The position numbers and the translations under genes are program-made. Of a stretch of DNA of 24,000 bases, positions 6,837 to 14,453 are shown one piece after another. Source of the stretch: Rhodovibrio sp. (GTDB taxonomy: Bacteria; Pseudomonadota; Alphaproteobacteria; Kiloniellales; Rhodovibrionaceae). Below the pieces are notes generated by a model. It was not told the DNA's origin and made no database searches. It saw only the letters and a program-made list of their open reading frames with translations. The stretch's first letter is position 1; each line of letters starts with the position of its first letter. The stretch lies in NCBI GenBank assembly GCA_034521655.1, contig JAXHMD010000040.1, forward strand, positions 233,253 to 257,252. Direction: 5' to 3'.

Positions 6837-6874
6837 ACATGCCCGAGGCCGGTTCGGCCTTCGAGCATGTCGCT
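6833..6874. other. long imperfect stem-loop in the divergent intergenic region
   Basis: AGCGACATGCCCGAGGCCG / CGGCCTTCGAGCATGTCGCT: the outer 10 bp are perfect (6833-6842 with 6865-6874), the inner stem has one mismatch and one bulge, and the loop is GTT. CTAG lies on both sides. Confidence 0.55.
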
Positions 6875-6995
6875 CTAGGACGCAAGTCGTTCTCGCACCA
6901 ACGTCCGGCGTCGGCGAACGGGCTGGCCCGGATGCCGCACGTCAGGTATCACATCCACAGTCCCGTCCAACGTGAGACCCGTCGAGAGCAGCGGC

Positions 6996-7214
6996 ATGTG
7001 GACCCAGGCGAAAAGCCCGCTTCGCTATCGCTGTCAGGAATGCGACACCGACCTCCCGGTAACCGGGGCCGATCACGATCTGTCGGTTTTGACCTGCCCG
7101 AACTGCGGCAGCGCCTGCGACCTGGAAGGCAGCGCCGCCCGTCGGGGCAACGCCCGGCCGGCGAAGAAGGTGGTCACCACGGGCATGCGCGCCGTGATGT
7201 TCCCGTTCACCTGA
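6996..7214 (+). CDS. possible small zinc-ribbon protein (72 aa)
   Basis: There are two CxxC pairs (CQEC ... CPNC), and 61 of 72 codons end in G/C, counted by hand. The RBS is weak (GAGAG about 10 nt upstream). A GTG alternative start is at 6972. No family was recognised. Confidence 0.5.
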   Translation: MWTQAKSPLRYRCQECDTDLPVTGADHDLSVLTCPNCGSACDLEGSAARRGNARPAKKVVTTGMRAVMFPFT

Positions 7215-7250
7215 CCGCGGCCCCCAACCGCGAGGGGGAAGAACGCGCGG

Positions 7251-7616
7251 TCATTCGCGGATGCGGATGAACATCTCGTCCGGCGCCTCGACGTTCTTGT
7301 TCACCTTGGTGACCCGCCAGACTTCGCCGGTGCCCCAGCCGAAGTCGAAGCTGGCGACCGATTCCTGAAGCTTGACGTTGGTCGGCTGCTCTAGGACCTG
7401 GCAGGCGTCGGACCGCGAGAGCACCTTGTAGGCCGCTATGCGGCCGTCCTCGCCGTAGACCTCCTCGAATTCGACATACGGCTCCGGCGAGGTGCAGCCG
7501 ACCTTGGTCGTTTTGGTGTCGCCGGGGCCGTAGTCCTGTCCCAGGGCCGGACCGGCCGCCAGGCTGGCGAGCGCGACCAGGGGGACCGTCGCGCGGGCAA
7601 GACTGGATAGGCTCAT
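7251..7616 (-). CDS. small secreted/periplasmic protein (121 aa), unknown function
   Basis: A GGGAGG RBS lies about 8 nt upstream of the ATG at 7616. There is a Sec-type signal peptide (VPLVALASLAAGPALG/QD) and two Cys in the mature part. It lies 166 nt downstream of the glycosyltransferase gene on the same strand. Confidence 0.7.
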   Translation of the reverse strand: MSLSSLARATVPLVALASLAAGPALGQDYGPGDTKTTKVGCTSPEPYVEFEEVYGEDGRIAAYKVLSRSDACQVLEQPTNVKLQESVASFDFGWGTGEVWRVTKVNKNVEAPDEMFIRIRE

Positions 7617-7782
7617 CGCTCAAGACCTCCCTTGACCTCGTGGCGTCCTTGCCGGGCGGGCCCGTCCGCGCGCTCGTGGCCGGGTCCGCCCGATCCGATC
7701 AACGACGTAGGCGCGCCGGGTGTTCGTACCAAGGGCTCCCATGCCGGTCGCGCCGCGCGCTTCCGGCCGGCACGGGCGTGGC

Positions 7783-9801
7783 TCAAGCCGGCGCGGGCCC
7801 GGTCAGACGGCGCCAGAGCCCGTGCCACAGCCCGCTTGGTTTCCCGGAACGCCCGGCGTCCGGCTGCAGGCGCCCGGCGAACAGGAAGGCGATCAGTTGG
7901 TCGCGCGTGGCCGTCTCCATATTGTCGAAGGCGAGCGTCGCCGTAGCCGCCCCGCCGCGGACCACACGGGCGCCGAGGAACCCGTCCAAATCCGCCAACC
8001 GCAGCGTGACGCGCGCGCCATCGGCGAGTTCCCAGCCGGCGCTGAACCCGATCCGCGCGCCGGTGACCGACAGGTCGCGGAGATACGTGCCGGGCAGGAT
8101 GCGGGGGGCGTTTCCCGCCGTGTCGTGCACCGCCAGTTCGATTGGGGCGTCGAGGCGGAAGCGCTCTTCCTTGCGCCGGCGCGGCGCGTCGAAGCAGATC
8201 AAGGCCCCGAGCAGCAGCATGCTCAGGTTCACCAGCCCCCAGGCCGCTGCGACGGGAAAGATCTGCTCGTCGCTCAGCAGACCCTGGCCCGGGATTGCGT
8301 TGATCGCCAGGCCGCCCGCGGTGAGGCCGGCCACGGCCATGATGCCGGCGAACGTGCCCCAGTCGACGCCGGCCTTGTTCAGGGCGCCTTTCGGCGTGAC
8401 CCGGAACGGCTGGCCGAACGGCTTGACCAGGCTGGCGAGTACGGTTGGCAGCAGCCGGAAGGTCCCGAAGGTGCCCACCGCCGTCGACACGAGCGGCACG
8501 TACGTCCGGCCGACGAACCAGCGCATGCCGAGGAAATAGGCGAGCAGCGTGGGCAGTTGGAAGAACACCAGATCGCTTAGGTTATCGAGGTAGAGCGGCA
8601 CCAGACCGGTCCAGAGGTAGACCGCCGGGATCAGCAGCGCCGCCATCCGGACCGCGTACTGGATGACCCAACTCCAGGGAAAAAAGAACAGCCGCTCCAG
8701 CCAGCTCAGGCCGGGGCCGAGTGGGCCGTCCTTCAGAAAGATCGTCTGAATACCGCCGCGCGCCCAGCGCGCGCGCTGCACGAAGAAGGCGTCCAGACTC
8801 TCCGCCGCGAGCCCCTGCGACAGTTTCTCGTTCAGGTAGACGGTGCGAAAGCCGGCCCGGCGCATCGCCAGCGTGGTCAGCAGATCCTCCGTGATCGAGG
8901 CGGTCGGCACGCCGCCGATCGCCGCCAGAGCCGAGCGACGCATCACCGAGCAGGAGCCGCAGCAGAACGCCACGCCCCAGGCGTCGCGGCTGGCCGCCAT
9001 CTGGTCGAAGAACAGCCGTTGCTCGTCGGGCAGGTCGTTGGCGACCTGCAGGTTCAGCTGCACCGGGTCCTTGTTAAAGAAGTGCTGCGGGGTCTGGACG
9101 ATGCCGACATCGGGTTCGGCGAACAGGCCGACCGTGCGCGTCAGGAAGCTGCGGTGCGGTACGAAGTCGGCGTCGAACACCGCGACCAGGTCGCCGGTGG
9201 TATGGGCGAGCGCGTTGTTCAGGTTGCCGGCCTTGGCGTGCGCGTTGTCCGTGCGGGCGATGTAGTTCACCCCGCGCGCCCGGCAGAACGCCGCCAGCCA
9301 GTCGCGCCGGCCGTCGTCCAGCACGTGCACGCGGAAATTCGGGTAGGTCATCGCCTGAGCGCCGACGATCGACTTCTCCAGGACCTCCGGTCCTTCGTTG
9401 AAGGTCGGGATCAGCACGTCGACGCTGGGATAGTCGCCGCGGGCGGTGAGCGCGGCCTGTGCGGCATCGGCCCGGCCCGGCCCGCGCTCGGCGCGGGACA
9501 TGATCAACAGGAACACCGCGACCTCGACAAAGGCCACCAGTTCGACCGCGTAGACCGCCCAGATCCAGACCGTCTCCACGGGCGTCCCGTCGAACGCGAG
9601 CACGGTGTCGCTCAGGCGCCAGGTCAGATACCGCGCGGCGACCGCTGCCAACACGACCGCGATCAGCGTGCGCGCCCAATCGCGCGTTTTCGGCAGGCTG
9701 GGCGCAAGTCCGACGAACAGGCCCAGGACGGCCAAGCTCGGGGCCCAGATGGCGACATCCCAGCTGACGGCAGCCAGCGCGTCGACCCAGGCGCCGCTCA
9801 C
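7783..9801 (-). CDS. BcsA-like processive family-2 glycosyltransferase with C-terminal PilZ domain (c-di-GMP-regulated glycan synthase), 672 aa
   Basis: BcsA-type motifs are present: LDDG, HAKAGNLNNAL, FDADF, VQTPQHFFN, FCCGSC, ITEDL and QRARWARGGIQ (QxxRW at 8764-8778). There are multiple TM segments before and after the GT domain. The C-terminal PilZ (about 7867-8184) has RxxxR (RRRKEER) and DxSxxG (DLSVTG). The GTG start overlaps the upstream stop (GTGA). Confidence 0.9.
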   Translation of the reverse strand: MSGAWVDALAAVSWDVAIWAPSLAVLGLFVGLAPSLPKTRDWARTLIAVVLAAVAARYLTWRLSDTVLAFDGTPVETVWIWAVYAVELVAFVEVAVFLLIMSRAERGPGRADAAQAALTARGDYPSVDVLIPTFNEGPEVLEKSIVGAQAMTYPNFRVHVLDDGRRDWLAAFCRARGVNYIARTDNAHAKAGNLNNALAHTTGDLVAVFDADFVPHRSFLTRTVGLFAEPDVGIVQTPQHFFNKDPVQLNLQVANDLPDEQRLFFDQMAASRDAWGVAFCCGSCSVMRRSALAAIGGVPTASITEDLLTTLAMRRAGFRTVYLNEKLSQGLAAESLDAFFVQRARWARGGIQTIFLKDGPLGPGLSWLERLFFFPWSWVIQYAVRMAALLIPAVYLWTGLVPLYLDNLSDLVFFQLPTLLAYFLGMRWFVGRTYVPLVSTAVGTFGTFRLLPTVLASLVKPFGQPFRVTPKGALNKAGVDWGTFAGIMAVAGLTAGGLAINAIPGQGLLSDEQIFPVAAAWGLVNLSMLLLGALICFDAPRRRKEERFRLDAPIELAVHDTAGNAPRILPGTYLRDLSVTGARIGFSAGWELADGARVTLRLADLDGFLGARVVRGGAATATLAFDNMETATRDQLIAFLFAGRLQPDAGRSGKPSGLWHGLWRRLTGPAPA

Positions 9802-11132
9802 TCGAACAAGCCCTGCAGCATGGCGAGCGGGTTGCGCAGGCCCTCGCCCAGCGCGGTCGGGAAGCGCACTTGCGCATGCCGGCCGACGTCGCAGTAGCCG
9901 CCGGCGTTGGACGCGGCCGTCGGCCCGTCGGGGTCGGCGTCGAAGGTGGCGTAAACGCGGAACTGCCTGTCGCGGGCCGCCGTCAGGTTGGCGGCCAGCC
10001 CGCGGTCGGCGGCGACCGCGTTGGCGCCGCGCAGGGCGGTCACTGTGGCCGTGCGGAAGTCGTCGCCGCCGACCAGGCGGTAGTTCAGCGTCTCGCCCAC
10101 ATGTGTGGCGTTGTAGCGCGTCTCGCTGACCAGGACCTCCAGAAAGGTGGTGCGGCAGTCCAGCACTTCGGCGACGTCCTGACCGATCACCAGGTCGCTG
10201 CCGGGCGCGACGAGGACGCGCCAGACGACGCCGTCGTGCGGGGAGACGATCTGCGCGCTGCCGGCCTTTGCCAGACGGCGTTCTTCTTCGGCGATCTGCC
10301 GCTCGATCTGAGCGACGCGAGTTTCCTGCTCGCTCACACGTGCTGCGATATCGAGGCGGGTGATCGCAATCTCGTCGCGCCGGATTTCCGCGTAGGGCGC
10401 GCCGTAGCGCCCGTCGGCGACGAAGATGCCGGCGGCCGCCTGGCGCTGCTCCTCGGCAAGCAGCTCGAGTTCGGCCTGGATGCGCTCGGCATCGGCCTGC
10501 AGCACGGCGACCCGCGCGCGGTCCGCGTCCAGCTTGCTGACCGGGGTCAGCTGTTTGGCAGCGAGAGTCTCGGTGCGCGCGAGTGCCAGACGGGCGGCCT
10601 TCATGTCGGCCTGCACGGCGCGCAGGTCGGCCTGCCGCGCGGCGGTTTCGCGCGAGAGTGCGCGCGCGGTGGCGTCCTTCAACTGGTCCGCCCGGCCGTT
10701 CAGATCGGTCTGCAGGTCACCCAGGCCCGCGCTCTGCTGTGCCAGCGCGTCGATCCGGCGCAGCAGGCTGTCGCGCTCGGTCCGCAACTCGTTGACGAAG
10801 CTGCGGTCGAGGCGCGAATTGGCGACCGAGGCAAGCGCGGTGCCGGCGGCGACGCTGTCGCCCTGGGCCAGCGGCAGCGCCGCCACCGTGCCCTCGATCG
10901 GGGTGCTCAGCATCGCGGTGCGCCCCTGCACGATCGCGTCCTCGGCTGTGTAGCTGGTCGCCCGCGGCACGATCAGCACGCCCGCGAGCGCGATCAGCGC
11001 GACACCCAGGGACAGGCGGAACGCGCGGCTGTTGAACACCCGCCGGCCGCGCGGCGCGACCGCCGGGGCTGGGGGCTGCGGGTCGGTGTCTGTGGCGGCC
11101 GGTATCGGCCGATGCGGGTCGGTCTGGCCCAT
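9798..11132 (-). CDS. HlyD-family membrane-fusion (periplasmic adaptor) protein, 444 aa
   Basis: It has an N-terminal TM anchor (FRLSLGVALIALAGVLIV), a lipoyl-like segment (STPIEGTVAALPLAQGDSVAAGTALA), a long Ala/Arg/Gln/Glu coiled-coil region and a C-terminal beta-barrel-like part (IVSPHDGVVWRVLVAPGSDLVIGQDVAEV). AAGGA lies about 8 nt upstream of the ATG at 11132. An alternative ATG is at 11321, but the extension has intermediate GC3. The rest of the track ORF (to 12620) is an antisense shadow of glpK. Confidence 0.85.
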   Translation of the reverse strand: MGQTDPHRPIPAATDTDPQPPAPAVAPRGRRVFNSRAFRLSLGVALIALAGVLIVPRATSYTAEDAIVQGRTAMLSTPIEGTVAALPLAQGDSVAAGTALASVANSRLDRSFVNELRTERDSLLRRIDALAQQSAGLGDLQTDLNGRADQLKDATARALSRETAARQADLRAVQADMKAARLALARTETLAAKQLTPVSKLDADRARVAVLQADAERIQAELELLAEEQRQAAAGIFVADGRYGAPYAEIRRDEIAITRLDIAARVSEQETRVAQIERQIAEEERRLAKAGSAQIVSPHDGVVWRVLVAPGSDLVIGQDVAEVLDCRTTFLEVLVSETRYNATHVGETLNYRLVGGDDFRTATVTALRGANAVAADRGLAANLTAARDRQFRVYATFDADPDGPTAASNAGGYCDVGRHAQVRFPTALGEGLRNPLAMLQGLFE

Positions 11133-11461
11133 CTGTCGATCCTTCGGCAACCGTTGGGGGCCCGCTCGGAGCACCCCGGTCGCTTGGGCGCGGTCCAGCC
11201 GACCTTCCGGAAGCGGAAGAGCGACCGGCTGCGCGGTCTTGGGTCCGGCGCGGACCCACGCGGTGACGACGGTCGATCCCGCCGGAACCGGACCCGGATC
11301 GGGCCGTTCGGCGGACGTCATCCAACGTAGGTTAAATACGTCCGGCCCGAATTTTCGACAAACGAACGATCGGACAGGGGCAAGCGATTCCGTCTTGTTC
11401 CAACTATCTATAAGGATATTAGCAGTTTTGTCGGGAAGGCGCCGGTTCGCACACCCGGCTT

Positions 11462-12955
11462 TTAGTGGCTGGTGCGCACCCGGCTGACGGCGTCCAGCCA
11501 GCCGGCGTAGCGGCGCTCGCGCTCGCTCGCCGACATCCGCGGCTCGAACAGCTTGTCGGCCTGCCAGATCTCCCGGATTCCGCTCTTGCCGTCGATCACG
11601 CCGGTCGTGGCGCCGGCGAGCGCGGCGGCCCCCAGCGCGGTCGTCTCGATCACCTGCGGGCGCTCGACCGAGACGTTCAGGATGTCGCTCAGCCGCTGCA
11701 GCAGCCAGTCGTTGGCCACCATCCCGCCGTCGACGCGCAGCGCCGTCGGCGTCTCCGCCCCGTCGGCTTCCATCGCCTGCATCAGGTCGCGGGTCTGGTA
11801 GCAGACGCTGTCCAGCGTCGCCGCGGCGATCTCCGCCGGCCCGGACTGGCGGGACAGGCCCAGGATCGCCCCGCGCGCGTCGCTGTCCCAGTAGGGCGCG
11901 CCCAGGCCGACGAAGGCGGGCACCATGTAGACCTGGCTCTCCGGGTCGGCCTGCTTCGCCAGCTCTTCCGTCTCGGGCGCGCTGGACAGCAGCTTCAGGC
12001 CGTCGCGCAGCCACTGCACGGCCGCCCCGGCGACGAAGATCGAGCCCTCCAGCGCGTAGGTGGTGGTGCCGCCCAGCCGGTAGGCGATCGTGGTCAGCAG
12101 GCGGTTGCGGCTCTGCGGAGCGGTCTGGCCGGTGTTGACCAGGGCGAAACAGCCGGTGCCGTAGGTCGACTTCATCATGCCCTCGTCCAGGCACGCCTGG
12201 CCGACCATCGCCGCCTGCTGGTCGCCGGCGATCCCGCATACCGGGATCGACGCGCCCAGGAGGTCGGTCTCGGTGTGGCCGAACTCGGCGTCGCACGACC
12301 AGACCTCCGGCAGGATCGCCTTGGGCACGTCGAGCAGCGCCAGCAGCTCGTCGTCCCAGCGCCCGTGGCGGATGTCGTAGAGCATGGTGCGGCTGGCGTT
12401 GGTGGCGTCGGTCGCGTGCACGCGCCCGCCGGTGAGCCGCCACAGCAGGAAGGAATCCACCGTGCCGAAGGCGAGCTTGCCGGCCTGAGCCTTCTCCTTC
12501 GCGCCCGGCACGTTCTCCAACAGCCAGACGATCTTGGAGGCGGAGAAATAGGGGTCGACGATCAGCCCGGTGCGGTACTGGATCAGCCGCTCGTGCCCGC
12601 CGTGGCGCAGCTTGTCGCACAGCGGCGCGCCGCGGCGGTCCTGCCAGCAGATCGCGCGGTGGATCGGCTCGCCGGTCTCCCGGTCCCAGATCACGGCCGT
12701 CTCGCGCTGGTTGGTGATGCCGATCGCGGCGACGTCTTGCGCGCTCAGCCCCGCCTTGTCGATCGCGCCCCGCGCGGTCTCCAGCGTGTCGGCCCAGATG
12801 TTCTCGGCGTCGTGCTCGACCCAGCCGGACTTGGGGAAATGCTGCGGCAGCTCCTTCTGGGCGTCGCCCAGCATCTGCCCGCGGTCGTCGAACAGGATGG
12901 CGCGGCTCGACGTGGTGCCCTGGTCGATCGCCAGGATGTGGCGCGCGTTGGCCAT
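11462..12955 (-). CDS. glpK: glycerol kinase
   Basis: [17 protein letters not shown]...[13 protein letters not shown]...ICWQDRR and full-length similarity to GlpK. A GGGGAGGA RBS precedes the ATG at 12955. Confidence 0.95.
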   Translation of the reverse strand: MANARHILAIDQGTTSSRAILFDDRGQMLGDAQKELPQHFPKSGWVEHDAENIWADTLETARGAIDKAGLSAQDVAAIGITNQRETAVIWDRETGEPIHRAICWQDRRGAPLCDKLRHGGHERLIQYRTGLIVDPYFSASKIVWLLENVPGAKEKAQAGKLAFGTVDSFLLWRLTGGRVHATDATNASRTMLYDIRHGRWDDELLALLDVPKAILPEVWSCDAEFGHTETDLLGASIPVCGIAGDQQAAMVGQACLDEGMMKSTYGTGCFALVNTGQTAPQSRNRLLTTIAYRLGGTTTYALEGSIFVAGAAVQWLRDGLKLLSSAPETEELAKQADPESQVYMVPAFVGLGAPYWDSDARGAILGLSRQSGPAEIAAATLDSVCYQTRDLMQAMEADGAETPTALRVDGGMVANDWLLQRLSDILNVSVERPQVIETTALGAAALAGATTGVIDGKSGIREIWQADKLFEPRMSASERERRYAGWLDAVSRVRTSH

Positions 12956-13199
12956 GAAGCGTGTCCTCCCCGTGGTCGTCGCGATCGTTCTTGCCCGGCC
13001 GGTCGGTTTCACTGCGCCGGCCCGTTGCATCGATGGCGCAGGATGGTCCCCGGGCGCCCGGCGATCAAGGCACCCGGCCTTGAACTCGGGCCGGCGCGGC
13101 AGAGGTTAGAGGAAGGCGATGCGTTCCCGCTCCTCCCCGGGGAGGCGAGGGGACCCGCCGCCGCGCCCTGCTTACGCTCACCGACCGAGGCCACCCGCC

Positions 13200-14087
13200 A
13201 TGACCGCCGACCCCGCCCAACCGCGCACCCGCGATTTCGCGCGCTGGATGCTGGACCCGCGCAACCGCACCAGCGTGGCGGAGATCTACGAGACGATCGC
13301 CACCAACGCGCTGAGCGAGACCGGCCTCTACCTCAACCTCGGCTTCTGGCGCGACGACGTGGACAGCGTGGACGCCGCCAGCACCGCGCTCGTCCACCTC
13401 CTGGGCAAGGCCGCGGGCCTCAAACCCGGGGACCGCGCGCTCGACGTCGGCTACGGCTTCGGCGACCAGGACGCGGAATGGCTGCGCGCGTTCGACCCGG
13501 CGGCGATCGTCGGCCTCAACATCACCGAAAGCCAGGTCGAGACCGCGCGCGACCGGATGGATGAGCAGGGGCTGTCGGACCGGATCGACCTGCGCCAGGG
13601 CTCGGCGACCGACATGCCGGTGGACGACGCCACCTTCGACAAGGTGCTGGCGCTGGAAAGCGCCTTCCACTTCGACACCCGCGACGACTTCTTCCACGAG
13701 GCGTTCCGGGTGCTCAAACCCGGCGGCCGTCTGGCGACCGCCGACATCCTGCCGGCCGAGCCGGCCGCGGACCCGCTGCGCCGCGCCGTGCAGCAACTGA
13801 CCTGGCGGGCGACCGCGCGCACCTGGAACATCCCGGAGGCGAACGCCGTGCGCCCGCCGGCCTACGCCCGCCAGCTTGAAGCCGCCGGCTTCGAGAACGT
13901 GCGCATCACCTCGATCCGCGACCGGGTCTACGCCCCGCTGCACCGGCATCTGGCCGGCCGGTCCGAGCTGTTCCCCGACCTGCCGACCCCCGCGCGCCTC
14001 GCCGCCCGGGCGGCCCTATCGGTGCCGCCGGAGCTCGCCTACAGCGGCCTGGACTACGTGATCGCGACGGCGGAGAAGCCGAGTTGA
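13200..14087 (+). CDS. class I SAM-dependent methyltransferase (295 aa), substrate unknown
   Basis: Motif I is ALDVGYGFGDQ and the post-I/II regions are VGLNITESQ and FDKVLALESAFHF...VLKPGGRLA. The ATG at 13200 was chosen; the upstream part of the track ORF is Arg/Pro-rich. Confidence 0.85.
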   Translation: MTADPAQPRTRDFARWMLDPRNRTSVAEIYETIATNALSETGLYLNLGFWRDDVDSVDAASTALVHLLGKAAGLKPGDRALDVGYGFGDQDAEWLRAFDPAAIVGLNITESQVETARDRMDEQGLSDRIDLRQGSATDMPVDDATFDKVLALESAFHFDTRDDFFHEAFRVLKPGGRLATADILPAEPAADPLRRAVQQLTWRATARTWNIPEANAVRPPAYARQLEAAGFENVRITSIRDRVYAPLHRHLAGRSELFPDLPTPARLAARAALSVPPELAYSGLDYVIATAEKPS

Positions 14088-14110
14088 CCGGCGCGGTGCA
14101 ACCGCGGCGC

Positions 14111-14347
14111 CTCGGCGGGTCCCCTATCCCGTCAGGGAGACTTTTGCACCGCTGCTTAAGCACCCGTCGAGCATCCTTCGACACGGCTGGCTGCGCCCGC
14201 CTGCTCAGGATGAAGTTGTAGGTTTTTCAAATACATATTTCAGCTTCATGCTGAGCAGCCGACCGGAGGTCGGCGTGTCGAAGCACGACTGACGGGTATC
14301 GCCACAGCCGTGCAAAAGTCTCGGCCGAGGGAGAGGGGATAGAGCCG
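14111..14347. repeat. long imperfect palindrome (MITE-like or structured intergenic element)
   Basis: Nested arm pairs: GAGACTTTTGCAC (14137-14149) with GTGCAAAAGTCTC (14310-22), 13/13; CTTCGACACG (14176-85) with CGTGTCGAAG (14274-83), 10/10; CTGCTCAGGATGAAG (14201-15) with CTTCATGCTGAGCAG (14244-58), 14/15. The central loop (14216-43) is 28 nt and AT-rich. The outer ends carry TCGGCGGGTCCC and GGGAGAGGGGATAG motifs, which also occur at 20379-20413. Confidence 0.65.
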
Positions 14348-14359
14348 TGCATACCGTCT

Positions 14360-14444
14360 TGTAGGGTGCATTCGCCGCGTAAGCGGCAATGCACCGTGTC
14401 GCCGGCCAGTACGTTGGCGGTTTGCTGCGCGGATGCGCCCTACA
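14360..14444. repeat. pair of inverted REP-like hairpin units (TGTAGGG... family)
   Basis: Unit A is 14360-14395: TGTAGGGTGCATTCGCCGCGTAAGCGGCAATGCACC. Unit B is 14416-14444, whose reverse complement reads TGTAGGGCGCATCCGCGCAGCAAACCGCC. The same family occurs at 20244-20335. Confidence 0.6.
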
Positions 14445-14453
14445 GCCGCCGGC

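Noticed and set aside
7655-7690. A hairpin, GGCGGGCCCG...CGGGTCCGCC, between the glycosyltransferase and the secreted-protein gene, considered as a terminator that would separate the two genes.
   Set aside because: On the relevant (minus-strand) transcript the stem contains a C-A mismatch, the loop is 16 nt, and no U tract follows. It cannot be used to decide whether the genes are co-transcribed.
11330-11461. A possible sigma-54 promoter (TTGGAAC...GCTTGC) or c-di-GMP riboswitch in the AT-richer region upstream of the MFP/glycan-synthase genes.
   Set aside because: The GG-to-GC spacing is 18 nt or 8 nt rather than the required 10 nt. I could not recognise GEMM-type conserved elements by eye. 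The region is probably still the operon promoter, but no specific site can be supported.
11133-12620. The N-terminal 496 aa of the 940-aa track ORF 9798-12620, which would fuse to the HlyD-like protein.
   Set aside because: This part runs antisense through glpK and has shadow-ORF composition. The MFP has a good RBS and ATG at 11132, followed by a normal cytoplasmic tail and TM anchor.
13132-13145. A perfect 14-bp palindrome, CCTCCCCGGGGAGG, 55 nt upstream of the methyltransferase start.
   Set aside because: Short G/C palindromes arise easily in GC-rich DNA. There is no second copy and no associated regulator in the window, so there is not enough to call an operator.
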